NCBI GenBank assembly: GCA_900551645.1
Contig: URWP01000001.1
Span: 1-41,011, forward strand
From: an uncultured Bacteroides sp.
GTDB taxonomy: Bacteria > Bacteroidota > Bacteroidia > Bacteroidales > Bacteroidaceae
Length of the DNA stretch: 41,011 nt
Direction: 5' to 3'
The notes beneath the pieces were generated by a model. That model made no database searches. It saw nothing but the letters and a program-made list of their open reading frames with translations, and had not been told where the DNA came from. Position numbers and translations under genes: made by a program. Below, one piece after another: positions 32,067-40,307 of the stretch. Numbering within the stretch: position 1 is the first letter of the stretch; each line of letters starts with the position of its first letter.

Positions 32067-32147
32067 ATGTCCGGTTGTTTGATTTAAAACGAACGGATGT
32101 TTTACTGAAGATGTCCGTTTGTTTTGTCTGATACGTCCGTTCGTTTT
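32067..32147. promoter_or_regulatory. Array of four AYRTCCGKTYGTTT boxes (three direct, one inverted), putative LytTR-type operator
   Basis: ATGTCCGGTTGTTT at 32067, inverted AAAACGAACGGATGT at 32086-32100, ATGTCCGTTTGTTTT at 32111 and ACGTCCGTTCGTTTT at 32133. The direct copies are spaced 44 and 22 bp. Confidence 0.6.
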
Positions 32148-32198
32148 TTACCGGTCTTTTTCCTGGGCCGTTTTTATGTGTTCTTTAGGAATCTTTTA

Positions 32199-32206
32199 TA
32201 CCTTTG
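32199..32206 (+). promoter_or_regulatory. -7 promoter element of the DUF6057-like operon
   Basis: TACCTTTG 39 nt upstream of ATG 32246. No canonical TTTG at -33. Confidence 0.6.
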
Positions 32207-32245
32207 GGCGTTTATACGAAACACTGGAATTTTTAAAGAAGCTAC

Positions 32246-34018
32246 ATGGATACTTGGAAAAAACATGTCATGAGTGGGGGAGGCTGGTTACTGTTGGGAT
32301 TAGCGGTAGCCGGTTATTGCCAGTCTTTTTTGGCCTATCATTTCTTTTATCAGGAACAGTTTTACATGTTCCGCTTCAGTAAGGAATATGCTGCCGATAC
32401 CTTGTGGCAGGTAGGAGGTGCAACTGCTTATCTGGCTGCTTTCGTTGTCCAGTTTTTTCTGATACCTTTTATCGGACCGCTGGTGATGGGGGTGTCGGTC
32501 GTATCTTTAGGCTGGTTGATGCAGTGTGTCTGGAGAAAAGTGTCTGCGGCCTGTTCTCTTCCGCTGCTGTATCTGTTGCCGGGTATCTGTGTGGTCTGGG
32601 CTTGTATAGATTTTAATTATCATGTCGATGGAGTGCTGAGTCTGATACTGGCTTTGACTTGTCTGAACGGTTATTTACGGATAAGTCGTTTCTGCTGGCG
32701 GATGGTATATGGATCTGTTACTGCATGGGTGGGATATCTGTTGGCGGGCCCTCACCTGCTGTTGGCTGTGATAGCGGCTGTGCTTTGGGAAATTTGTTGC
32801 GGAAAGAGCCGGTGGAAAGGAGGAAGCCTGTTGCTGATTCCTTGGGGATTCGGACTCCCTTTGCTGCTATATGGTCTGGGATGGGGCGGAGAATGGCGTT
32901 TGTTGGCAACTCCCGATGCTTATTATCATCCGTTGCTGCTTTCTCAGAAAGTCAATTACCTGCCGGGAATTTTTGTATTGCTGAACGTGTTGGTTGCCTG
33001 TGTACTGCACCGGAACAGGAAATCGTTGTCCGGGTGGAAGTCTTGGGCTTCTTGGGGAATACAGGTATGTCTGTTGGCTGGAATTTTCCATCAGGGTATC
33101 AGGCACTATAACAATGCCAGAAATTATGAAATCAAGGTATTGGATTATTACAGTCGTACCGGACAGTGGCAGCAGATGCTCGATTATCCGGGCTTGCGTG
33201 CCGGACAGAATGCCATGCATGCCTGTTATCAGAATCTGGCTCTTTCTCATCTTGGTAAGTTGGGAGATGAACTATTCTACTATTCGCAGTGTGGAAGATG
33301 GGGAGCAGTCATTTCCTGGAATAAAACGGTTAATGCTTCCATGCTGTTGAGCGATGTCTATTATCAGATGGGAAACCTTGCTCTGGCTCAGGAAATGGCT
33401 TTCGAGGGGATGATTGCTTCGGAACGGGCGGTGAATCCGCGTCTGTTGTTACGTTTGGTACAGACTAATTTGATTGGTGGCAATGATGCGGTGGCCGAGA
33501 AATACATATCGTTACTGGAAGAAACCTGCATGTATGCGGAACAGGCCGGCGCTTACCGTCGTTTCCTGCATCATCCGGAGTTACTCCGTGCTGATGAAGA
33601 ACTGGGGGATCGGCAAGCCTGTGTACAGCATGTTTCGGGGCTGACGAATTCACAGAAAGCGGCAGTGGACCTGTTTCAGCTGGTCCGCTCAAATCCCGAA
33701 TATCGGCCGGCTTTTCAGTATTGCGGAGCTATTTGTCTGTTATGTAAGGATTTGAAGTCCTTTGGTGAGTTGATGGAATGTTGGAAGCAAGCAGAAACAG
33801 GTTATTCTTTGCCGGTCGCTTTTCAGGAAGCATGGGTCTTTATGCATGCCGATGAGCCGGATACTTGGGCAACATACGGTGTGTCGGAAGAAGTGGCCGG
33901 ACGTTTTAGGGAATATAGCGGACAGTTTTCTACCGGTCGGCAGGATAATAGTCTGGCCTATCGGTTGCAGAATCGTTTTGGAGATACTTTTTGGTTTTAT
34001 TACATGTTTACGAAATAA
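32246..34018 (+). CDS. DUF6057-like inner-membrane protein (multi-TM N-half, helical soluble C-half)
   Basis: YHFFYQEQFYMF, about 9 TM segments, NLALSHLGKLGDELF, AQEMAFE, NPRLLLRLVQTNLI and FGDTFWFYYMF. Confidence 0.8.
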   Translation: MDTWKKHVMSGGGWLLLGLAVAGYCQSFLAYHFFYQEQFYMFRFSKEYAADTLWQVGGATAYLAAFVVQFFLIPFIGPLVMGVSVVSLGWLMQCVWRKVSAACSLPLLYLLPGICVVWACIDFNYHVDGVLSLILALTCLNGYLRISRFCWRMVYGSVTAWVGYLLAGPHLLLAVIAAVLWEICCGKSRWKGGSLLLIPWGFGLPLLLYGLGWGGEWRLLATPDAYYHPLLLSQKVNYLPGIFVLLNVLVACVLHRNRKSLSGWKSWASWGIQVCLLAGIFHQGIRHYNNARNYEIKVLDYYSRTGQWQQMLDYPGLRAGQNAMHACYQNLALSHLGKLGDELFYYSQCGRWGAVISWNKTVNASMLLSDVYYQMGNLALAQEMAFEGMIASERAVNPRLLLRLVQTNLIGGNDAVAEKYISLLEETCMYAEQAGAYRRFLHHPELLRADEELGDRQACVQHVSGLTNSQKAAVDLFQLVRSNPEYRPAFQYCGAICLLCKDLKSFGELMECWKQAETGYSLPVAFQEAWVFMHADEPDTWATYGVSEEVAGRFREYSGQFSTGRQDNSLAYRLQNRFGDTFWFYYMFTK

Positions 34019-34029
34019 TAGAAAAACAG

Positions 34030-35505
34030 ATGATACAGAGTCGGTTCATATATTTATGGTTCCTGCTGTTGATTTTCATGGGAGCAGGATGTTCTTCGTC
34101 TGAGCCGGTGGCAGAAGAAATCTTGTCTGAGCAGCCGGCTATTTTCCCGGATTATCTGGATGTGACAATTCCGGCGAATATTGCTCCTTTGTGTTTCTGC
34201 CTGGAAACGGAAATTGGAGAAGAAGCTGTGGCAACCGTGTCTTGCGGAACGGAGAAACTGGTAGTCAGTTCCGGTAAAGACGGTTTTCGGATTCCAGAAA
34301 AGAAATGGAAACGGTTGTTGGAAATGGCGGTCGGGAAGGATCTGGAAGTGAAAGTATTTGTCAATCGACAGGGGAAATGGGTAGTCTATCAGCCTTTCCG
34401 ATGGCATGTCTCTACCGATAGGGTCGATCCGTATCTGGTGTATCGCCTTATAGAGCCTGGATATGAATTATGGAATACCATGGGTATTTATCAGCGTGAT
34501 TTGACCAGTTTCCGTCAGACGGCTATTCTGACCAATGAATCTACACAGCATAACTGTATGAATTGTCATTCGTTCCGTTCGCAAGACCCGTCGGAGATGC
34601 TGTTTCATATGCGTGCCAAGTTAGGAGGAACTTATCTGGCAGGAAAAGAGGGAGTAGAAAAGCTGGATACCAAGGTGAACGAGGATATCCAGACTTTGGT
34701 TTATCCGTCGTGGCATCCTTCTGGCAGTTATGTGGCTTTTTCGGTTAATCAGACACGTCAGGCCTTCCACATGAATCACTCCAACCGGATAGAGGTGTAC
34801 GATTCGGCATCGGATGTGGTGGTATATGATGTCCGTCGGCATGAGGTGGTGACAGATTCGTTGCTATCGGATTCCGGGGCTTTCGAAACTTTCCCGACTT
34901 TCTCTCCCGATGGGAAAATCCTTTATTTCTGTTCGGCAACGGCCCGGCCGATGCCTGCCGAGTTTGAACAGGTACGGTATAACTTGTGTGCCATCGGCTT
35001 CGACTCTGAAAATAGGAAGTTCGGGAATCAAGTGGATACTTTGTTTCAGGTCGATAATCTGAAAAAGAGTGTTTCTTTCCCTCGGGTATCGCCGGATGGC
35101 AGATTTCTGGTGTTTACGGCTGCCTCTTATGGTAATTTCTCTATCTGGCACAAGGATGCCGATTTGTACCTGATGGATTTGCATACCCGGAAATGTATTC
35201 CGATGACAGCTGCCAACAGTCGGGATGTAGAAAGTTATCATTCCTGGAGCAGTAACAGTCGGTGGCTGGTATTCAGCAGCCGTCGGATAGACGGGTTGTA
35301 TACTCATCCTTATCTGGTACATATCGATGCAAACGGTGTGTGCGGCAAGCCTTTTATAGTGCCGCAGGAGTCTCCGGATTTTTACCGGCGTTTCCTGTAT
35401 TCATTTAATATTCCGGAACTGGTGAAAGGAAAGGTAGAAGTAAATCGTCGGGAAGTGGTGGAAACGGCACATAGACCAGGAATTCCTGTAACATTGGGAA
35501 AATGA
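34030..35505 (+). CDS. TolB-like PD40 beta-propeller lipoprotein with CxxCH motif
   Basis: Lipobox GAGC, IFPDY..VTIP.NIAPL, YRLIEPGYE, CMNCHSF and PD40 repeats (YPSWHPSG, FPTFSPDG, FPRVSPDG, YHSWSSNS). Confidence 0.85.
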   Translation: MIQSRFIYLWFLLLIFMGAGCSSSEPVAEEILSEQPAIFPDYLDVTIPANIAPLCFCLETEIGEEAVATVSCGTEKLVVSSGKDGFRIPEKKWKRLLEMAVGKDLEVKVFVNRQGKWVVYQPFRWHVSTDRVDPYLVYRLIEPGYELWNTMGIYQRDLTSFRQTAILTNESTQHNCMNCHSFRSQDPSEMLFHMRAKLGGTYLAGKEGVEKLDTKVNEDIQTLVYPSWHPSGSYVAFSVNQTRQAFHMNHSNRIEVYDSASDVVVYDVRRHEVVTDSLLSDSGAFETFPTFSPDGKILYFCSATARPMPAEFEQVRYNLCAIGFDSENRKFGNQVDTLFQVDNLKKSVSFPRVSPDGRFLVFTAASYGNFSIWHKDADLYLMDLHTRKCIPMTAANSRDVESYHSWSSNSRWLVFSSRRIDGLYTHPYLVHIDANGVCGKPFIVPQESPDFYRRFLYSFNIPELVKGKVEVNRREVVETAHRPGIPVTLGK

Positions 35506-35542
35506 GTTCCTGTTTTTTGAATCATTAATCTTAATATATAAA

Positions 35543-35674
35543 ATGGTAGTTAACAAGAAAAATCCGTTTGCCTACAAAGCGAAATTGTCGAAGAAAAAGA
35601 AGCCCAGTGGAAAGCGTATCGGGAAATCTCGTCCCGAGAAGGCGAACAATCAGTTGAATAGAAGGGTGAAATAA
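35543..35674 (+). CDS. Unannotated 43-aa highly basic small protein
   Basis: ATG 35543 to TAA 35674 encodes MVVNKKNPFAYKAKLSKKKKPSGKRIGKSRPEKANNQLNRRVK. AT-rich leader TTAATATATAAA-ATG. The ORF fills the gap between the PD40 gene and the terminator. Confidence 0.6.
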   Translation: MVVNKKNPFAYKAKLSKKKKPSGKRIGKSRPEKANNQLNRRVK

Positions 35675-35678
35675 GGAG

Positions 35679-35720
35679 AAAGGTCACAGTCTTCGTAATA
35701 CGGAGGTTGTGACCTTTTTA
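35679..35720. terminator. Bidirectional intrinsic terminator
   Basis: AAAGGTCACA (35679-35688) / TGTGACCTTT (35708-35717) with an inner CTTCG/CGGAG stem and T/A tails, between convergent transcription units. Confidence 0.85.
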
Positions 35721-35782
35721 AATACTTTTCAGGCGATGCTCAATTGACATTTCAATGATAATTGAATTCGTCTGATGGGGTT

Positions 35783-38032
35783 TTAGCGTTTCTTGGAACT
35801 TTTACGGCGGCTACCGGACTTCTTCGTTTCCTTGACCAGTTCTGCTGCTTTTGTTTCTGTTTCCGGAACATCCGGTTTCAGTACATTGTCTGCCAATACA
35901 AAATCCAGTTGCTTCTTTTCCAGGTTGGCACGGGCTACTTTGATTTGAATCGGGTCACCCAGGCTGAATTTCTGGTGGTGGCGACGTCCGATAAGGCAGT
36001 AGTTCTTTTCGTCAAACTCATAATAGTCATTGCCTAGATCGCGCATGGAAACCATACCTTCGCATTTGTTCTCGTTGATTTCGACATAAAGTCCCCATTC
36101 CGTTACACCGGAGATGACACCATCGTACACATTGCCGATGCGTTCACCCATGAATTCCACTTGTTTGTATTTGATGGAAGCACGCTCGGCACTGGCTGCC
36201 GTCTGTTCCATGGCAGAACTGTGTTCACACAGCGCTTCGTACTTGTCGGCCTGGGCAGTACGTCCTCCGGCCAGGTAACGGGTCAGCAGACGGTGTACCA
36301 TGAGGTCCGGATACCGGCGGATAGGTGAGGTAAAGTGAGTATAATAGTCGAATGCCAGTCCATAGTGTCCGATATTATGGATAGAGTAACGGGCTTTTTG
36401 CATGGCACGTAGTGAAACCGTTTCTATCAGGTTCTGTTCCTTCTTTCCATTGATGTCGGCCAACAGGCGATTGATGGATTTCGAAACATCCGTCTTGCTG
36501 CCTCCGGTCCGTATCTTGTAACCGAAACGGGCAATAAACTGGCTCAGATTGTCCAGTTTATCCGGGTCTGGCAAATCGTGGATACGGTATGGAAGTACTT
36601 TCGCTTTCTTGTTCTTAGGTACTTTCCCGATATGTTCGGCAACGGTTCGGTTAGCCAGCAACATAAATTCTTCTATCAGTTTGTTGGCTTCTTTTGATTC
36701 TTTGAAATAGACACTCAGCGGTTTGCCGGTCTCGTCAATTTCGAAGCGTACTTCGCAACGGTCGAAATTGATGGAACCGTTTGCCATTCGTTTTTCGCGG
36801 AGAATCTGTGCCAACTTGTTCAGGGTCAGAATCTCTTCCTTATATTCTCCTTCGTCGGTCTCGATAATCTGTTGTGCTTCTTCGTAAGTGAAACGGCGGT
36901 TAGATTTGATAACGGTGTGTCGGATACGGTAGTCTTTCACTTCGGCCCGTTCGTTCAGGGTAAAGATGACCGAATAAGCCAGTTTTTCTTCATCCGGACG
37001 CAGGGAGCAGATGAAGTTACACAGGCGCTCCGGAAGCATCGGAATAGTACGGTCTACCAAATATACGGAGGTTGCCCGTTGGGCAGCTTCCTTATCGATG
37101 ATACTACCTTCCTTGACATAGTGCGATACATCGGCTATGTGTACACCTACTTCCCACAATCCCGGTTTTAACTGGCGGATGGAGAGAGCATCGTCGAAGT
37201 CTTTGGCATCTTTCGGGTCGATGGTAAAGGTCACCACTTCCCGGCAGTCTTCGCGCTCCGCATAGTCTTCGGGAGTGATTTCAGCCGGAATTTTTTCGGC
37301 CGCTGCCTCCACATTCTGAGGATAGGTGTATGGAAGTCCGTATTCGGCCAGGATAGCATGCATTTCGGTTGTGTTTTCACCAGCCTTGCCTAAGATATCG
37401 ATGACCGCTCCAAGTGGATTTTTGGCTTCTTCAGGCCATTCCGTAATTTTTACTACGGCTTTGTCGCCGTCTTTACCACCTTTCAGCTTGTCTTTGGGGA
37501 TGAAGATATCGTTGGCCAGTGTACTGGTTTCCGTCAATAGAAAAGCATAGTTTTTGTTGACTTTCAGGGTTCCTACGAAAGTCGTATTGGCCCGTTCCAG
37601 AATCTCGATGACCTGTCCTTCCAGACTTTTCTTCTTACATTTGGCACACAAGGCTATTTTTACCTTGTCGTTATTCATAGCATGGGCAGAGTTTCGTTCG
37701 GCGATGAAAATCGGTTCGCCGCCGTCTTCCGGAATAAACGAGTTCTTTCCATTGCTTTTGCGCTGGAAAGTACCGGTAAGTATTTGTCCCTTGTCATTGA
37801 GTTTGTATCTGCCTTTTTCTACTTCGATGAGGAAATTATCTTCAACCATTTCCTGAACGATGTCTGTACAGAGCATCTTCAGTGGATGAGTAGTCAGGTT
37901 GAGTCCTTGAAACAACTGTTTGAGGCTGAATGCTTCCAACGGCCTGATGCGGATGTAGCTGATAAGCATTTCTACCAGCTCTTTTTTCTTCATGCGTTTT
38001 CCGCCTTTCTTTTCTTTCTTTTTTTTAGCCAT
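35783..38032 (-). CDS. rnr: Ribonuclease R
   Basis: FTIDPKDAKDFDDALS, VHIADVSHYV, LIEEFMLLAN, HFTSPIRRYPD, S1 domain and basic termini. Confidence 0.97.
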   Translation of the reverse strand: MAKKKKEKKGGKRMKKKELVEMLISYIRIRPLEAFSLKQLFQGLNLTTHPLKMLCTDIVQEMVEDNFLIEVEKGRYKLNDKGQILTGTFQRKSNGKNSFIPEDGGEPIFIAERNSAHAMNNDKVKIALCAKCKKKSLEGQVIEILERANTTFVGTLKVNKNYAFLLTETSTLANDIFIPKDKLKGGKDGDKAVVKITEWPEEAKNPLGAVIDILGKAGENTTEMHAILAEYGLPYTYPQNVEAAAEKIPAEITPEDYAEREDCREVVTFTIDPKDAKDFDDALSIRQLKPGLWEVGVHIADVSHYVKEGSIIDKEAAQRATSVYLVDRTIPMLPERLCNFICSLRPDEEKLAYSVIFTLNERAEVKDYRIRHTVIKSNRRFTYEEAQQIIETDEGEYKEEILTLNKLAQILREKRMANGSINFDRCEVRFEIDETGKPLSVYFKESKEANKLIEEFMLLANRTVAEHIGKVPKNKKAKVLPYRIHDLPDPDKLDNLSQFIARFGYKIRTGGSKTDVSKSINRLLADINGKKEQNLIETVSLRAMQKARYSIHNIGHYGLAFDYYTHFTSPIRRYPDLMVHRLLTRYLAGGRTAQADKYEALCEHSSAMEQTAASAERASIKYKQVEFMGERIGNVYDGVISGVTEWGLYVEINENKCEGMVSMRDLGNDYYEFDEKNYCLIGRRHHQKFSLGDPIQIKVARANLEKKQLDFVLADNVLKPDVPETETKAAELVKETKKSGSRRKSSKKR

Positions 38033-38134
38033 GTCGTTCCTTTTTTAAAGTTAGTATCTACAAAGTAAGCAAAATAAATGCAATCATCGGCGATTTCGTC
38101 GGTTTATTTTCTGACAATAAACTGAAAAAACGTT

Positions 38135-38142
38135 TATCTTTG
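38135..38142 (+). promoter_or_regulatory. -7 promoter element upstream of the SDR-PAP2 pair
   Basis: TATCTTTG about 100 nt upstream of ATG 38245. Confidence 0.5.
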
Positions 38143-38244
38143 TGCTTTCTTAATTGAAATGTAACGGGTCTGAAATTGTTTTTTTGCAATAGGGGCGTGA
38201 AGCCGATGGACAGTTATATGTATTAGAAACCGAAACAAAGTGTT

Positions 38245-39252
38245 ATGAAGAAAATATTGGTGACCGGTTCCAGTGGTTTCATTGGAAGTTTTCTGGTGGA
38301 GGGAGGACTGGAACGTGAGTTTCAGGTATGGGCCGGTGTACGGAAACGAAGTAGCCGGAAGTACTTGCAGGATAGTCGTATCCAGTTTGCGGAACTGGAT
38401 TTTACGGATAGTACTCATCTGGCAGAACAACTGAAGAAACACAAACTTCAGCACGGTGGATGGGACTATATTATTCATTGTGCGGGGGTAACCAAGTGTC
38501 TGGATAAGGCCGATTTCGAGATGGGTAACTATTGGGCTACCCGTCTGTTTATAGAAACCTTGCAGCAATTGGATATGGTGCCCGAACAGTTCTTGTACCT
38601 CAGTTCGTTGAGTGTATTTGGCCCGATTCATGAAAAAGATTATCAGCCTATTACAGAAACAGATGTCCCGAAACCTGATACTGCGTATGGGCTGAGCAAG
38701 TTGCATACAGAAGAATATCTGGCCTCTCTGAGGGACTTCCCGTATGTCATTTTCCGGCCTACCGGTGTGTACGGTCCCAGGGAAAGAGATTATTTCCTGA
38801 TGATAGAATCAATTCAGAAACATGTGGATTTCATGGCCGGTTTCCGTCGGCAAGACCTGACTTTTGTCTTTGTGAAGGACTTGGTACAGGCCATTTATCT
38901 GGCTATTGACAAACAGGTAGTCCGCAGGTCTTATTTCGTGACGGACGGTGATGTTTACAGTAGTCGTACGTTCTCGGATTTGATACGGAAGGAGTTGGGA
39001 AATCCGTGGATGATTCGTTTCATCTGTCCGTTGTGGTTGTTGAAAGTGATTTCATTTGTTTCAGAAAATATCGCGAAATTGCTTCGTAAGCCAAGTACGT
39101 TGAATTGTGACAAATACAAAATCATGAGGCAGCGCAACTGGCGGTGTGACATTACACCGCTGGAAAAGGAATTAGGGTATCGTCCGGAGTATTCGTTGGA
39201 GAGAGGAGTCAAAGAAATAATTGCTTGGTATAAGAAAGAGGGATGGCTATAG
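38245..39252 (+). CDS. NAD-dependent epimerase/dehydratase-family (extended SDR) oxidoreductase
   Basis: TGSSGFIG Rossmann motif, IIHCAG, YGLSK catalytic YxxxK and RPTGVYGP. Confidence 0.92.
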   Translation: MKKILVTGSSGFIGSFLVEGGLEREFQVWAGVRKRSSRKYLQDSRIQFAELDFTDSTHLAEQLKKHKLQHGGWDYIIHCAGVTKCLDKADFEMGNYWATRLFIETLQQLDMVPEQFLYLSSLSVFGPIHEKDYQPITETDVPKPDTAYGLSKLHTEEYLASLRDFPYVIFRPTGVYGPRERDYFLMIESIQKHVDFMAGFRRQDLTFVFVKDLVQAIYLAIDKQVVRRSYFVTDGDVYSSRTFSDLIRKELGNPWMIRFICPLWLLKVISFVSENIAKLLRKPSTLNCDKYKIMRQRNWRCDITPLEKELGYRPEYSLERGVKEIIAWYKKEGWL

Positions 39253-40223
39253 AATTGAAATTGTTTGAACGGGTCCACAGTGGTAGAGGACTGTTTGCCG
39301 TAGAAAGTATCAGCTTGATATATAATGCACTGACATCAATCCTGATATTGATTCTGTTTTCTAGGATGGACCATCCGGAACTGATGCTGATGGAGCGTCT
39401 GGGTATCGTTGTCTTGACATTCGGGCTGATTTATCTGTATCAGTTGTTCCCTTGTCGGCTGACAGCTTTTATCCGTATGGCGGTGCAGATGTCTTTGCTG
39501 GCGTACTGGTACCCTGATACGTTTGAGTTTAACCGCCTGTTTCCGAATCTGGATCATGTATTTGCCCGGTTGGAACAATGGTTGTTTCATTGCCAACCTT
39601 CGGTGGAGTTTTGTAAGCTCTGTCCGTCTGCCTGGTTCAGTGAGCCGTTCAATATGGGGTATTTCTTTTATTATCCTATGATTCTGGTGGTGGTAGTTTA
39701 TTATTTCCTGAACCGTTTCGAGTGGTTTGAGAAAATCTGTTTCGTGCTGGTGACATCCTTCTTTATTTACTACCTGTTTTATATCCTGGTTCCGGTGGCA
39801 GGACCTCAGTTCTATTTTCCGGCCATCGGTATGGATAAGGTGAATGCCTGCGATTTTCCGGCTATCGGTACTTATTTTAATACGAACGATTACCTGATTC
39901 CGGGTCCCGGCTATGAACATGGCTTTTTCTATAATCTGGTAGAAGCTTCGCAGGAAGTGGGAGAACGTCCTACGGCAGCTTTCCCGAGTTCGCACGTGGG
40001 AATCTCTACCATTGTGATGATAATGGCCTGGCGAGTCAACCATAAGCTAGCTTACGTACTGGCTCCGTTCTATATCCTGTTGTGTTGCGCAACGGTATAC
40101 ATTCAGGCGCATTATCTGATTGATGCCTTGGTAGGCTTTGTTACGGCTTTCTTCGTTTACCAATTGGCTACACTGATGTACAAGCGTTGGTTCATTTCGC
40201 CGGTTTTTCGGATTAAAGAATAA
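39243..40223 (+). CDS. PAP2-superfamily membrane phosphatase/phosphotransferase (Aur1/IPC-synthase-like)
   Basis: Multi-TM protein with PVAGP, AAFPSSHV and HYLID motifs. Overlaps the upstream gene by 10 bp. Confidence 0.88.
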   Translation: MAIELKLFERVHSGRGLFAVESISLIYNALTSILILILFSRMDHPELMLMERLGIVVLTFGLIYLYQLFPCRLTAFIRMAVQMSLLAYWYPDTFEFNRLFPNLDHVFARLEQWLFHCQPSVEFCKLCPSAWFSEPFNMGYFFYYPMILVVVVYYFLNRFEWFEKICFVLVTSFFIYYLFYILVPVAGPQFYFPAIGMDKVNACDFPAIGTYFNTNDYLIPGPGYEHGFFYNLVEASQEVGERPTAAFPSSHVGISTIVMIMAWRVNHKLAYVLAPFYILLCCATVYIQAHYLIDALVGFVTAFFVYQLATLMYKRWFISPVFRIKE

Positions 40224-40307
40224 AAAAATCTGTTTTTTCTGTTACCTTTGAGTGAAAACTACGTTTAATAGGTAGAAATAGAAATTTTAAATCAATCACA
40301 AACAGAA

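Noticed and set aside
32086..32147. Inverted repeats with an ACGAACG/CGTTCGT core as an invertible promoter
   Set aside because: They enclose only 32 bp, the -7 elements lie outside, no recombinase is nearby and extra direct copies fit an operator better. Read mapping for inverted junctions would settle it.
38134..40043. Minus-strand ORFs of 190 aa and 235 aa
   Set aside because: Antisense shadows of the SDR and PAP2 genes, with no independent support.
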